Positions 51,392-62,900 of a DNA stretch of 64,000 nucleotides are shown here, piece after piece. Under the pieces are notes generated by a model. That model saw nothing but the letters and a program-made list of their open reading frames with translations, did not search any database and was not told the origin of the DNA. Origin of the DNA: Rebecca billardiae RCC1528 (Eukaryota > Protista > Haptophyta); the NCBI GenBank assembly GCA_965240325.2, contig OZ251223.1, forward strand, positions 1,240,001-1,304,000, in the 5' to 3' direction. How positions within the stretch are numbered: position 1 is the first letter of the stretch; each line of letters begins with the position of its first letter. Made by a program: the position numbers and the translations under genes.

Positions 51392-52669
51392 TCAGCCTGA
51401 TTGATGGACAGCCTCGTGCTGCTCGCTCTCAGTCCGAGTCATCGCCGCCGCGGCGCGCCACTCCGTGCAGTGCGGCTTGTGCATTTTCCACGCGCTCCGC
51501 AGGTGCTCGCGGCAGCAGAACACCGCCACGAGGCACCGCTCGCACTTCTTCACGCCACGGCCCGACTTGGCGCACACCATGCAGCACGCCGCGGCCACCT
51601 CGCGATCTCCTGCAAAGTGGCAGAGCACCTTGCTCGGATCCACCACGGAGCCGTCAAGCTCGTGCCCGCGGCGCAGCAGCCGAACTCCCTCCGCCACGTC
51701 GCGCTGCACGGCCCCGCCTGCAAGCAGCAGGCGCGCCAATGCCAAGTGGGCTTCTGGCTGGTCGCCGTCGATGGCCAGCCGGTACCAGCGCGCAGCCTCG
51801 GCCATATCCTGCTGCACGCCCTCGCCTCGTTCGTAGCACTCGCCCAGGCTGGACTGTGCAACTGCATTGCCCTGCTCGGCAGCCAGCCGGAACAAGCGCA
51901 CCGCCTCGGCCATATCCTGCTGCACGCCCTCGCCTAGTGCATAGCACCAGCCCAGGCTGGTCTGTGCAGCTGCATTGCCCTGCTCGGCAGCCAGCCGGTA
52001 CCAGCGCACTGCCTCGGCCACATCCTGCGGCACGCCCTCGCCTCGTGCGTAGCACCAGCCCAGGTTGCTCTGCGCACCTGCATTGCCCTGCTCGGCCGCC
52101 AGCCGGTACAAGCGCACTGCCTCGGCCCAGTCCTGCATCACGCCTTTGGCTTGTTCGTAGCACACGCCCAGGTTGCTCTGCGCAACTGCATTGCCCTGCT
52201 CGGCCGCCAGCCGGTACCATCGCACTGCCTCTGCCCAGTCCTGCAGCACGCCCTTGCCTTGTGCGTAGCACACGCCCAGGTTGGTCTGCGCAGCTGCGTA
52301 GCCCTGCTCGGCCGCCAGCCGGTACCAGCGCACTGCCTCGGCCCTGTCCTGGTGCACGCCCTTGCCTTCTTCGTGGCACACGCCCAGGTTGTTCTGCGCA
52401 AGTGCGTGGCCCTGCTCGGCCGCCAGCCGGTACAAGCGCACCGCCTCGGCCATATCTTGCGGCACGCCCTTGCCATCATTGTAGCACACGCCCAGGTTGG
52501 TCTGCGCAGCTGCATCGCCCTGCTCGGCCGCCAGCCGGTACCAGCGCACCGCCTCGGCCATATCCTGCGGCACGCCCTCGCCTCGTGTGTAGCACCAGCC
52601 CAGGTGGTACTGCGCAGCTGCATGGCCCAGCTCAGCCGCCAGGCGGTACAAGCGCGCCGCCTCTGCCAT
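51392..52669 (-). CDS. Sel1-like repeat + MYND protein, copy D (8 modules)
   Basis: Same caps and MYND; the MYND tail WKMHKPHCTEW matches copy A rather than B/C. Confidence 0.92.
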   Translation of the reverse strand: MAEAARLYRLAAELGHAAAQYHLGWCYTRGEGVPQDMAEAVRWYRLAAEQGDAAAQTNLGVCYNDGKGVPQDMAEAVRLYRLAAEQGHALAQNNLGVCHEEGKGVHQDRAEAVRWYRLAAEQGYAAAQTNLGVCYAQGKGVLQDWAEAVRWYRLAAEQGNAVAQSNLGVCYEQAKGVMQDWAEAVRLYRLAAEQGNAGAQSNLGWCYARGEGVPQDVAEAVRWYRLAAEQGNAAAQTSLGWCYALGEGVQQDMAEAVRLFRLAAEQGNAVAQSSLGECYERGEGVQQDMAEAARWYRLAIDGDQPEAHLALARLLLAGGAVQRDVAEGVRLLRRGHELDGSVVDPSKVLCHFAGDREVAAACCMVCAKSGRGVKKCERCLVAVFCCREHLRSAWKMHKPHCTEWRAAAAMTRTESEQHEAVHQSG

Positions 52670-52957
52670 GAGTGTGCGCGCAGGCACCGAGCAGCTCGCC
52701 AGTGCCAAGGGGCGCGCGGGCACACCTCCCTTCACGTCCTTCAGCCGTGGAGCGGGCCGAAAACTCATCGCGCGCCGTACGTACTTGTACGCCGAAACCT
52801 GGTCCGGATTGATTGAACCCCTTGGTCCGGACTTCGGCACGATGGATCGGACTTCGTTCGGCACGATGGCGGCCTGAGTGCCGACCGATGTAGACGTGCT
52901 GCAGTGTTGTGCGCTTGTCTCGGTGCATGCATCGCCGCAGGCCGTGGCATCGCTCGC

Positions 52958-53158
52958 ATGGCAGCTGACGGTGCCGTCATCATCCCGGGCGCGCTGCCAG
53001 CTGGGCGCCTCGAGCGCGACGCGGACTGGGGCGCAGTGCTCACGGCGAGAGGCCCATTCAGGGCTGCGCCGCCGGCGACCGCGCCGCCGGCGCCCGACAT
53101 GAACTTCGCCTTCGGTCAAGGCGTAGCCTCGTCAGCATCATCATCATCGTCGTCATGA
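52958..53158 (+). pseudogene. Dienelactone hydrolase copy 4, 5' fragment only
   Basis: MAADGAVIIPGALPAGRLERDADWGAVL, then homology is lost at about 53041. Confidence 0.85.
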
Positions 53159-53169
53159 CGATATGCTCA

Positions 53170-53301
<132 letters not shown>

Positions 53302-53907
53302 AATCTCTGATTCGATCGTCATCATTAATATCGACGACATCGTAATAACTAGTGATTAGACTGATTGTGATGCATTTAGCTTAAGCTAGCTAGTCGTATA
53401 TACTGTAAAGTGTAATAAAACTACTCGATACGACCGCGCGAGTCTTTATTATAATAAAGTAAACTTTCTAAGATGATGATCACAGATCATCCGAGATCAT
53501 TCAGATGCTGTAGTATAACTATATAGGTATTGATCAGCAGATTGATGAGACTCATGATCACTACGTACACTCCACAGACGATGAGTTTATTTATTATATA
53601 TATATAATATATTGTTTTAACTACGTGCGTAAGGCTCACGGTGGCAGGTTGCCGCGCCATCCTTCATCGCACGCTCTCCGAAGAGAGACCTGCAAACTGG
53701 TAGTCATGATGCGCGGGTCAGAAATCAGCAGAATGCTGATGACGCTCATGTATTACATCATGAGTCATGATGAGTGATGTATCAGTCGTCGGGGCGACGT
53801 CGAGTACGGTAGACTCAGTACGTCGACGATCGCTGCCCGTGCTCGGCATCGGACTCAGCAGCACCAACTCGACGGGCGGACGCGAAGGGCCGCCGCCCGC
53901 GGCCTCA

Positions 53908-56900
53908 TCAGCGCAGCGCGCTCCAACCGCGGCGGCACGCCGCCGCCAGCGCGGCGTGCAGCGGCTCCCCCGCGCCGTGCGCGAGGCCCAGGCTGAGCGC
54001 CCACGCGATCAGCGCCGCCCACAGCTGCTCGGCCTCGAGCGACCCCGCGGAGACGACGGCGAGGAGGCACATCGCGGCGAAGGCGGCGAGCGAGGTGACC
54101 CACGCGAGCGGCGCGCGGTGCGGCGGCGTGGGTAGCCAGCGCGCGCACAGCGCCTCCGCGCCCTCGACGAGCGCCGCGCGCACGTACCACCGCTGCAGCG
54201 CGAGCGCGTGCGCGCCCGGCCGCGCCGCGCCGCGTGGCACGCCGATCGCGCGCAGCAGCCGCCGCTCCTCCGCCTGCGTGATCGGGTCGTGCACGTCGGC
54301 CATGAGCGCGCGGAGCGAGCCGGCGCGCAGCTCGCCGTCCCCCGTGCCGCCCGCGCCGTACAGCCGCACGACGTGCCGCAGCCCCAGCAGCTGCGCGCCG
54401 CGCGCCCCCGGCGGCACGGCCGTGATGCGCAGCGGAGAAGAGCCGGCGGCCTCCTGTGCGGAGGGCGCGCGGCGCGCGGCGCGCAGCAGGCGCGTGGCGC
54501 CGAGCACCGCGCCGCGCGCGCCGCGCCCGCTGCTCGAGCCGCTCTCCGCCGACGGGCGCGGCGGGCGCGGCGTCGGCCGCGCCATCGGCGGCGTGCACCG
54601 CGCGCGGCCGGGCGACGCCGCGCCGGCGGTCGCAAAGCCAGGCGCGCCGCGGCCGGGCGAGGGCGCGCCGCGGCCAGGCGAGACCGCGCCGCCCGACGCA
54701 AAGCCAGGGCCGCGCCGGCCGGGCGAGCGCGCGCCCGCGACCGCCACGGGCGGCGGCGGCCCGCGCGGCACGGGCGAGACCTGGCCAAGGCCGGCGGCGC
54801 GCGGCGGCGGCGGCGGCGCGGCGGCGGCGGCGGCTGCGGCGGGCGGCGGCGGCGTGGTGCTCGGCGCAAAGCGCACCGTGGGCGCGGCAGCGGGCCCGCG
54901 CTCGCCGCGCGACTGCCGCCCGCTGGCGTTGCTGCCGCCGCTGCCGCGGCGCGAGCCGCGCCCGCCGCCGCCCCGCCGCCCGCCGCCGCCCTCCTCCGCG
55001 GAGCCCGAGTCAAACTCCTCGTGCACCGCGGCGGTCGCGGCCGCGTCGGCGGCGTCGCTGTCCGAGTCGTCGCTGGACGACAGAGTGGCGGACGCGCGCC
55101 GCCCGCCGCCGCCGCGGAGCTCGGTGGTGTCGGTGGTGGCCTCCGAGATGCTGGAGCGGAGTGTCGCGGAGCGGCGCACGGGCGGATGCGTGCCTTCGCC
55201 GTCGGAGCCGTCGCCGCCACCGTCGGCCGGAACGGCGACGGCGGGCGGCGGCGGCGGCGCGACGCGCGAGCGCGCGGGCTGCGACGGCGCGAACGGCGCC
55301 GGCCCGGCGCTGCCCTCGGCCGCGGGCTGCGCGCCGCCCGGCGGCGCAGCCGCGGGCAGCGGCGGCAGCACCGCGTCCGCGACGGCGGAGATGGGCGGCA
55401 GCTGCGCGCGGCCCGCCCGCACAGGCGCGTCGAGCGGCGCGAGCGCCGTGGGCGGCGCGGGCGGCGTGGCGCGCGGCGGCGGGCGCGCGGCGGGCGGCGA
55501 GGGCGGCGGCGAGGCTGGTACGCCCTCGCCGTCCGCATCGGCGGCGTCGTGGTCGTCGTTGCTCCACGCGGCGTGGCGGCCGTGGCGCGGCGGCGGGTGC
55601 GGCGGCGGCGTCAGGCTCGCCGCCGCGCCGGGCAAGAGCAGAGGCGGCCGCTCGCCGTCCGCCGCCTCCGCAAAGAGCGCGAGCGCGCCGCGCGGCGGCG
55701 CGGCCGAGCGCGAGCGCGAGGCGGTCGCGGGGCGCGGCTGCACGGCAGATGCGGAGCCCGAGGCGCGCGCGGCGGCGGCTGCGCCGACTGCGCCCGGCGG
55801 CAGGCGCGGCGGCGGCGAGAGGCTCGCCGCCGCGCTGGGCGATAGCAGCGGCGGCTGCTCGACGCCGACGCCGCCTGCCGTCTCAACCAGCAGACTGCGG
55901 GTGCCGCGCGGCGGTGCGGCGGAGCGCGGCCGCGCCGGCCGCATCGCGGCCGACGAGATCGGACCGGCGGCGCGCGGCGGCGCGGCGCCGGGCTGCGCGG
56001 CGGCAGCGGCGGCGGCTGTCATCTCGCGCTCGGCGGCGGCGAGCCCGCGCGCGCGCGCCAGCCGGTCGGCCTTGGCCTCGGGCGAGGGCGGCGGCGGGCC
56101 GTCGTCGCGCGGGCTCACGGCGGGCCGCGCCGAGCCGGGGCGAAGCCAGCCCAGCTCGAGGCGCCCGGCGCGCTCGACGGCACGCTCCGCGCCCGCGCCG
56201 CGGCGCAGCGTGTGGTCGTCGCCGCCAAGGCCGGCGCTGCCGCTCTGCGGCACCGGCCGCTCGGCCGTGCCCTCGAGCGGCTCGGGGGTCCAGCTGTGCG
56301 CGTCGGGGGGGCGGGGGGCGGGCGGGCGGGAGCGGCGTTGCTTCCGCGCGCCGCCCGGCGCGGCGCTCGGCGCGCCCTCCGCGCCGGCTGCCGCTGTCGT
56401 CGCCGCCGCCGAGTGCTCCTGCGGCTGCGCCCTCGTCTTCGGCTGCTGCCGCTTCTTCTTGTTGGGCCTCTTCTGCGGCGAGGGCAGGCGCTGCGGCTGC
56501 GGCTGCGCCGGCTCCGTCGGCTGCGGCTGCGCCGGCTCGGGCTGCGGCTTCACCCGCGTGCGCTCAGCGGACGTCGAGCCCGCGCTGCGCTCCGCGGCCT
56601 GCGGCGGCGCCCAACCGCTGCGGCCGGGCGCCGCCGGCGCAGGCGGTGGCAGCGCGGGCTCGGCGGCGCGCGGCGGCGGCGGCGGCGGCGGCAGCGATGG
56701 CGGGAGCTCCAGCGTCGGCCGGGGCATGTGCTCACGCCCGGAGCTGCTGCTACGGCCGAAGCTGCTGCCGCGGCCGACGCTCCTCGCCCGATCGGCGCCG
56801 GCGCCGCCGCCTACGTCCTCGTCACACGCGCCTGTGGTGCGGCGGGATCGCGAGGCGGCCGGCACCGGCGGCAGCGAGGACGGCAGCTCCGGCGTCGGCA

Positions 56901-59900
56901 GGGGCATGCGCTCGCGCCCGAAGCTGCTGCCGCGCCCAAAGCTGCTGCCGCGGCCGACGCTGCTCGCGCGATCAGCACCGCCGCCGCCGCCGTCGCCCAC
57001 GCCGCCGCCGCCGCCGCCGTCGTCTGCAAACGCAGTGCGGCGCGAGCGCGCCGGCGACGCGGCCGTCTGCGCCAGCGCCGAGGGCGCGGCCGCCCCGCCG
57101 CCCGCGCCGCCGCCCTTCTCAATCGGCTCGTCCGCAAACGCGGTGCGGCGCGGCTTGCGTGCCTCCGACAAGCGCGGCGCACTGCCGCCGCTGCTGCGCG
57201 GCGCAGGGCACTCGCCGGTGCGCGGCGGCAGCGCGGCGCTCGCGGGCTGCGAGCTCTGCGGCCGGTCTGGCAGCAGGCACGCATCGGCGCACTGGGCCGG
57301 CTGATGGCTGGCAAAGGAGCTGCCGGCCGTGCGGCACGCGGCCAGGGAGGCGGCGCGCGCGGCGGCGCGTCGGGAGAAGGAGGAGGGCGCCGTGGCGGCG
57401 CACGCGCCGCCGCAAGGCGTTGGCCTCGGCGGCGCGCCCGCCGCGGCGCCCACGCCGCCCTGCTGGTCGAAGGTGTCGTCCTCAGCCTCCTCCTCCTCCG
57501 CCGCCTCCTCTGCGGCATCGTGCGCGCCCGCGCCGCGACCGTCCACGCCGCCGTCGGCGCGCGCGCGTGCGTCGTCGCCGACACGGAACTCGTCGTCCTC
57601 GGAGGAGGAGGCCGCCTCGGCGTGCGCACGCGCGGACGCGACGAGCGCGGCCGCGGCCGCCGCGGCCGCCGCGGCCGCGTGGTGGTGATGGTGGGGCATG
57701 GCGCCGCCGCCCGCCTCCGCGCTCGGCCGCGCGCGCCGCCAGCCGTCTCGCGGCATCCCCATGTCCTCCGCCGAGGGGCGCCGCCGCCGCCACCCGCCGT
57801 CGGGCGGCGCGGCGCCGGGCTCCTCGGTGCCGCGAAGCGCGCAGCTCCCGCCGCGGCCGGCGGCAGTCGCGGAGCGAGGCCTGCAGCAAGGCGAGGGCTC
57901 AGCGGAGGGCTGGGCCCAGGGCGAGGCGAAGGGCGGCGTGCGGCGCAGCGCGGCCAGCACACCGCCGCCCTCCGAGCCAGAGCCAACCGCGCCCGCCTCG
58001 TCCGCCTCGTCCTCGTCGCTGCACCGCTCGGGCAGCGCCAGCCGCCGCTGCTGCATCGGAGGCACGATGCCGCGCCCGCCGAGCGCCGTGGCGGGCGCGT
58101 GGGGCGCGCACCCCGCGCGGTGGTGGTGCGCAGTGCCGGCGGCGGGCGCGGCGGGCGGCTCGGCGGGCGGCGGCGGCGGCGCGTGTGGCGGGCGTGCGTG
58201 CGCCGCGCGCGCCGCCGCCACGGCCGCCGCGACCGTGGGCGCCTGCAGCGGCGCCGCGGCGGGCGCGGGCCGCGCGACGGTCGGCGGCGCGGGCGCGGGC
58301 TCGACAAGCCCGAACGGAGCGGTGCGCACGGCCGAGGCGCGCGTGGGGCGGGTCTTGGAGGTGCGCACTCGCATCGAGACGCTGCCGTCGTGGCGCATGC
58401 TGCCGCCGTCGGCGTCGGAGGCGCGCGCCGCGCTGAGCAGCGCGGCCACCGTGCACGCGGCCGCCTCCTTGCGCTCCGCCGTCCACGCGCCGGCGCCGCT
58501 GCCGCGCCGCGCGCCCGCGGCCGCGTCGGGCGCGGCGTCGGGCGCGAAGCGCGGCTCCGTCGGCCCCGCCGCCGCCTCCGACTGCGCACCACTGTCCGCA
58601 AGCATCGAGGCGACGCGCTGCGCCCGCTCCGCGCCCGGGCTGGGCGTCCACGGCGCCATCAGCATGCCGCGCGGCGAGGGCGCGAGCGCGCCGCCGCGCT
58701 CCGACGGCTCGGTGGACGACGACGACGCTCGCAGCCGAAGCGCCTCGCCGAGCGACGGCGCCGCCGCACCGTCCGCGGCGCCGGCGGGCGGGCCGGGCCT
58801 GCTCGGCTTGCGCGCGCGCGTCGGCGCCACCCGGCCCGCGCCGCGCGAGCCGCGCCGCTCGAGCACGCCGCGCGCATCCGCCCCCTTCCCCCACGCGGCG
58901 GCGGCGGCCGCGGCCTCGGCCGCATCCAAGTCTGATCCCCCCGAGGAATCGGAGCCGCGCCCACCGCAGTACCGGTTGGGCGCTCCGCCGCCGAGTGGCG
59001 CGACGCGCCCGGCGCTGCCCGGCGCGCGCGGCGAGAGCAGCCGCTCGGGGCTGGCGACGACCAGCGGCCCGCCCGGCGCGGGGCCGCCGCCCGCGGGCGA
59101 GTCGCGCGCCGAGGGCGCTCGAAGCTCCTCGCGGATGCGCGACATGCGAGCGGCGCGCGCGGCGGCCGAGTGGCTCTGGCTGCCGCGCTGCAGCAGCTGC
59201 GGCGGGTGCGCGGCGGCGGCGTCGGGCTCGGCGCGCAGCTGCGCGTCGAGCAGCGCGCGCAGCGCGCGCTGCAGCCGCGCGCCAGTCGAGCGGCGCGTGC
59301 CCGCGGCGGCCAGCGCCCACACTCGTCCGAGCGCCGCGCGCGCGGGCGCGCCGGGCGCGGCGCACAGCGCGGCGCGCAGCAGCAGCGGCGCGGCCGCGAC
59401 GGCGGCCGCGCCGCCGCGCAGCCCGAGAAGCCGCGCCGCCGCGCCGCCGCCGTGCAGCGCGCAGCTCGCCGCGAGCTGCAGCGCGGCCGCGCCGAACGCC
59501 TCGTGCACGAGCTGCGCGCACGGCGGCACCGGCCGTGCGAGCTGCCATCGGAGCAGCAGCGCGAGCGGGTGCTCGTCACGCCACCAACCCGTCCAGCGCG
59601 GGCCGCGGGCATCGGCGGCGGCGTGCTCGGCGGCGCGGGCCGCGCCGCCGCCGCCCTCCGCGTCCGCCGACTCGTCCGCGTCGCCCCAGTCGCGCTCAGC
59701 GGATGCGGGCGAGGCGGCGGCCGCGCGCCGCGCGCGGCGCGCGAGCGCGGCCGCCACGAGTCCGGCCGGCGGCGGCTTGGCCCACGACCAGCCTTGCTCG
59801 TTGGAGAAGGAGGAGGCGGTGGTCTCGGAGGGCGAGGAGCGCTCGGAGGCGGCGGTGGACGAGCAGCGGAACGACGCCGGGCCCTTCTTGCCCACCACGC

Positions 59901-62900
59901 CGCCGCCGTCGACGCCGCCGCCCGCCGCCGCCGCCGCGCGCGCGGCGGACGGCCTGGGCGCGGCGCGGCGGACGCCGAGCACGCGCCCGGTGCCGCCTCC
60001 AAGCTTTGCGCCCGCGCCGCCCGCGGCCGCCGTCGGCTCGGGCGGCGAGCGGCGCTCGGCGTCGGCGGGCGAGACGGCGCCGAGCGCCGCGCGGCGCCAC
60101 CGCTCCCACTCGCGCCGCCGCCGCCGCTCCGCGCCGAGCGCGAGCAGCAGCGCGAGCGCGTACGCACCCCCGAGTGAGTAGACCGCGGGTAGGATGTGAG
60201 TACGGCCGGAGGGCCGGCTGGGCGTGAGGCGCACGGACGACAGCGCACCCGCGCCGACGGCAAAGGCGGCGCCGCCCTGCGCGCCGGGGGCCGCGCCGCC
60301 CGCGCCGGGCTCGGTGCCGTTCGCCCCGCCGCCGCCGTCCGCGCCGCCGCCGAGCGGCGGCGCGAGCCCTGCGAAGCGCGTGAGGTGCGTACTGCTGCAG
60401 AAGAGATAGACCGACGGCGGCGCCGACGCCGACGCGGAGGCGGTGAGCTCGAGCGCGGAGAGCACCGGCGGGGATGCGGTGGCGGCCACGCCGTCGGTGC
60501 GCCACGCGCCCGAGCGCTCGTCGAGGAAGTGGCACTGCGCGGCGGACGCGTTCGACCCCGGCAGCGGCCCCTCGGGCAGCGGCGGCAGGCCGAGCACGAT
60601 CGGCTCTGGCAGCGCGCTCACGTTGAGCGCCGCGCCCGCGCTCGCCGGCGCCGCGCCCTCGAGCGCAGACGCGTCGAGCGAGACCGCGGCCGTGCCACCG
60701 GCGCCGTCGTACAGGCTGACGCTGAAGACGGCGGTGGCGAGCGGCCGCTGCACCAGCGAGCCCGCCGAGCCGTTGGCGAAGGCGAGCGCGCCGCCGCCGC
60801 CCTCCTCCACGCCGTCGGCCGCGCCGCCGCCGCCCGCGCCGCCGCCGCCCGCGCCGCCGCCGGCCAGCGCGGCCGCGAGCGCTCCGCTCGCGCTCGCAGA
60901 CGAAAGCATGACCACGTCCACGGCGAGCAGCGCGCCGCTCGCCGAGAGCGCGGCGGCGAGCGCGGGCGGCGTGAGCATCCCGCCCACGCCGCCCGCGCCG
61001 GGCAGCCACAGCGGCAGCGCGAGCTGCGTGGGCGCGTGCAGCCGCGCGGCCGTGAGGTTGAGCGGCGCAGACACGAGCAACAGTGGAGGCTCGGACGGCG
61101 CCGCGCGCGCGAGCAGCGCGCGCGCGAGCGCCGAGGCGCCGTCCGCGCCCGCCGCCTCGAGCAGCGCGGAGCCCTCGACGCCGCACGCCGCGGGCGCGCC
61201 GCCGAGCGCCGCGCCGAGCACGGAGAAGGCGACGCGTCCGGTGGGCTCGTCGAGTCCGGACCCGTCGGCCGCGGCGGCGTCGACGAGACGCGTCGCCTGC
61301 GCCAGCGCGGACGCGCGCGCGGCACACGGCAGCGCGGCGCCGCCGAGCCCGCCGAGCGCGGCGACGAGCGCCGCGGCCCACTGCGCGCGCGCCTCCGCGG
61401 TGGGCGGCGCGACCGCCGCCGCGCCCGCCGTCACGTTCAGCAGCGCCACTACCAGCTCGCCCACGTCCGACACAGAGCCGCCCGCGCGCGCGAGCGCGCC
61501 GAGCGCGCCCGCGTACTGCAGCAGCCAGCCCAGGAGGCCGACGAGGCGCTTCGCGTCGGGCGCGTCCGCGCGCGAGACGGCCGCACGCGCCTCGTCGAGC
61601 AGCGCGGCGTACGCCTCGAGCAGCTCGGCGGCGGTGCTCGCGTTGGCGACGGCGGCGGCGCCATCCGGCAGCGGCAGCGCGCCGCCGCCATCTCCTCCGC
61701 CCGGCCGCGCAAGCTCCAGCAGAGCGATCCCGAGCTCTGCGCTCGGCGGCGGCGGGCGCACGAGCACGGGCGCGCTCGCCGAGGCCGCGCCGCCCCACGC
61801 GTCCGAGACGACGACCGTGGCGGTGCGGTTGCCGCCCGGCAGACGCACGCCGCGCAGCACCGCCACGCCCGCGCCGCCGCGGCCGAGCGACTGAGGAGCC
61901 GCGCCGCCGCCGCCCGCGTCATCGGCGGCGGCGCCGTCCGCGAGCGCGTGCGAGTACGCGTAGCTGAGGGGCAGCGCGTCCGCGCCGTCCTCCACGTCGT
62001 CGAGCCAGCCCGCCGCGACGCACTCGAACTGCGTGCTCAGCGCCTCGCCCGCCGCCGGCCGCACCGCGAGCCCGCCCCCGTACGGCGGTAGGTTCACACG
62101 CACGCGCACGGCCGCGCGCGCCTCGCGCGAGGCAGAGCCTCGCACCGTGAGCTCGAAGACGTACGTCTCGCCGCCAGAGAGCGCGCCCGGGCGGAAGGCG
62201 AGCGTGGGCAGGGCCGCGCCCGTCGTCGTCACACCGCCCGCGTCTTCCAGCTCGAGCCCGGCCGCACGCCGCACGCCGCCCGCGCCGAGCGTGTACGCAC
62301 GCCATTCGAACGAAAACGCTTCATCGCCGCGCGCGGCGCGCGCGCGCGAGGCGGTGTCCAGTCTCGCCTGTAGGACGACTCGTCCCGAGCTGGGCGCGAG
62401 CGCGTCCCAGTCCGGGTTGGAGACGGCGCCGCCGAGGGGCGCGAGCGAGAGCCTGGGCAGCGGCAGCCCGCCCGTCCCGTTCACCACCTCCACCGCCACC
62501 GAGGTGCGCGCGTTCGGCAGGTCCGGCGCGCTCAGCGTGGCACCGACCATGTACCAGCCTGCGCCGAGCGCGCCGGCCGGGAGGCGGAGCACGGCCGACG
62601 CGGCGAGCGAGCCGTTGGGCAGCGCGAGCGGCGGCCCCACCGCCGCGGGCGCGCCGCCGCCGCCCGCGGGCGCGCTCGCGACCCGCACGTCCCACGCCCA
62701 GCGCAGGTGCGAGCCTGCCGGCACCGACGCGGCGGGCGGCATGTTCGGGTCGTGCGAGGCCGAGGCATCGAGCTCGAGCGGCGCGGACGCGTCGACGCGG
62801 CGGTCGCCGCCGGCGAGGAGGAGGACGAGCGGCAGCGTGCGCACGACGAGCACGCACCGCGCCTCCGCCGCCGCCGCGCCCGCCGCCGCCTCCGCCATCG

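Noticed and set aside
14866-52669. Diversity-generating retroelement (adenine-specific mutagenesis) as the source of Sel1 variation, suggested by NNC/NNT/NNG codon patterns
   Set aside because: Silent adenines in the scaffold (e.g. Ala2 gca) are invariant, which A-to-N mutagenesis would randomise. No reverse transcriptase or invariant template repeat is visible in the window.
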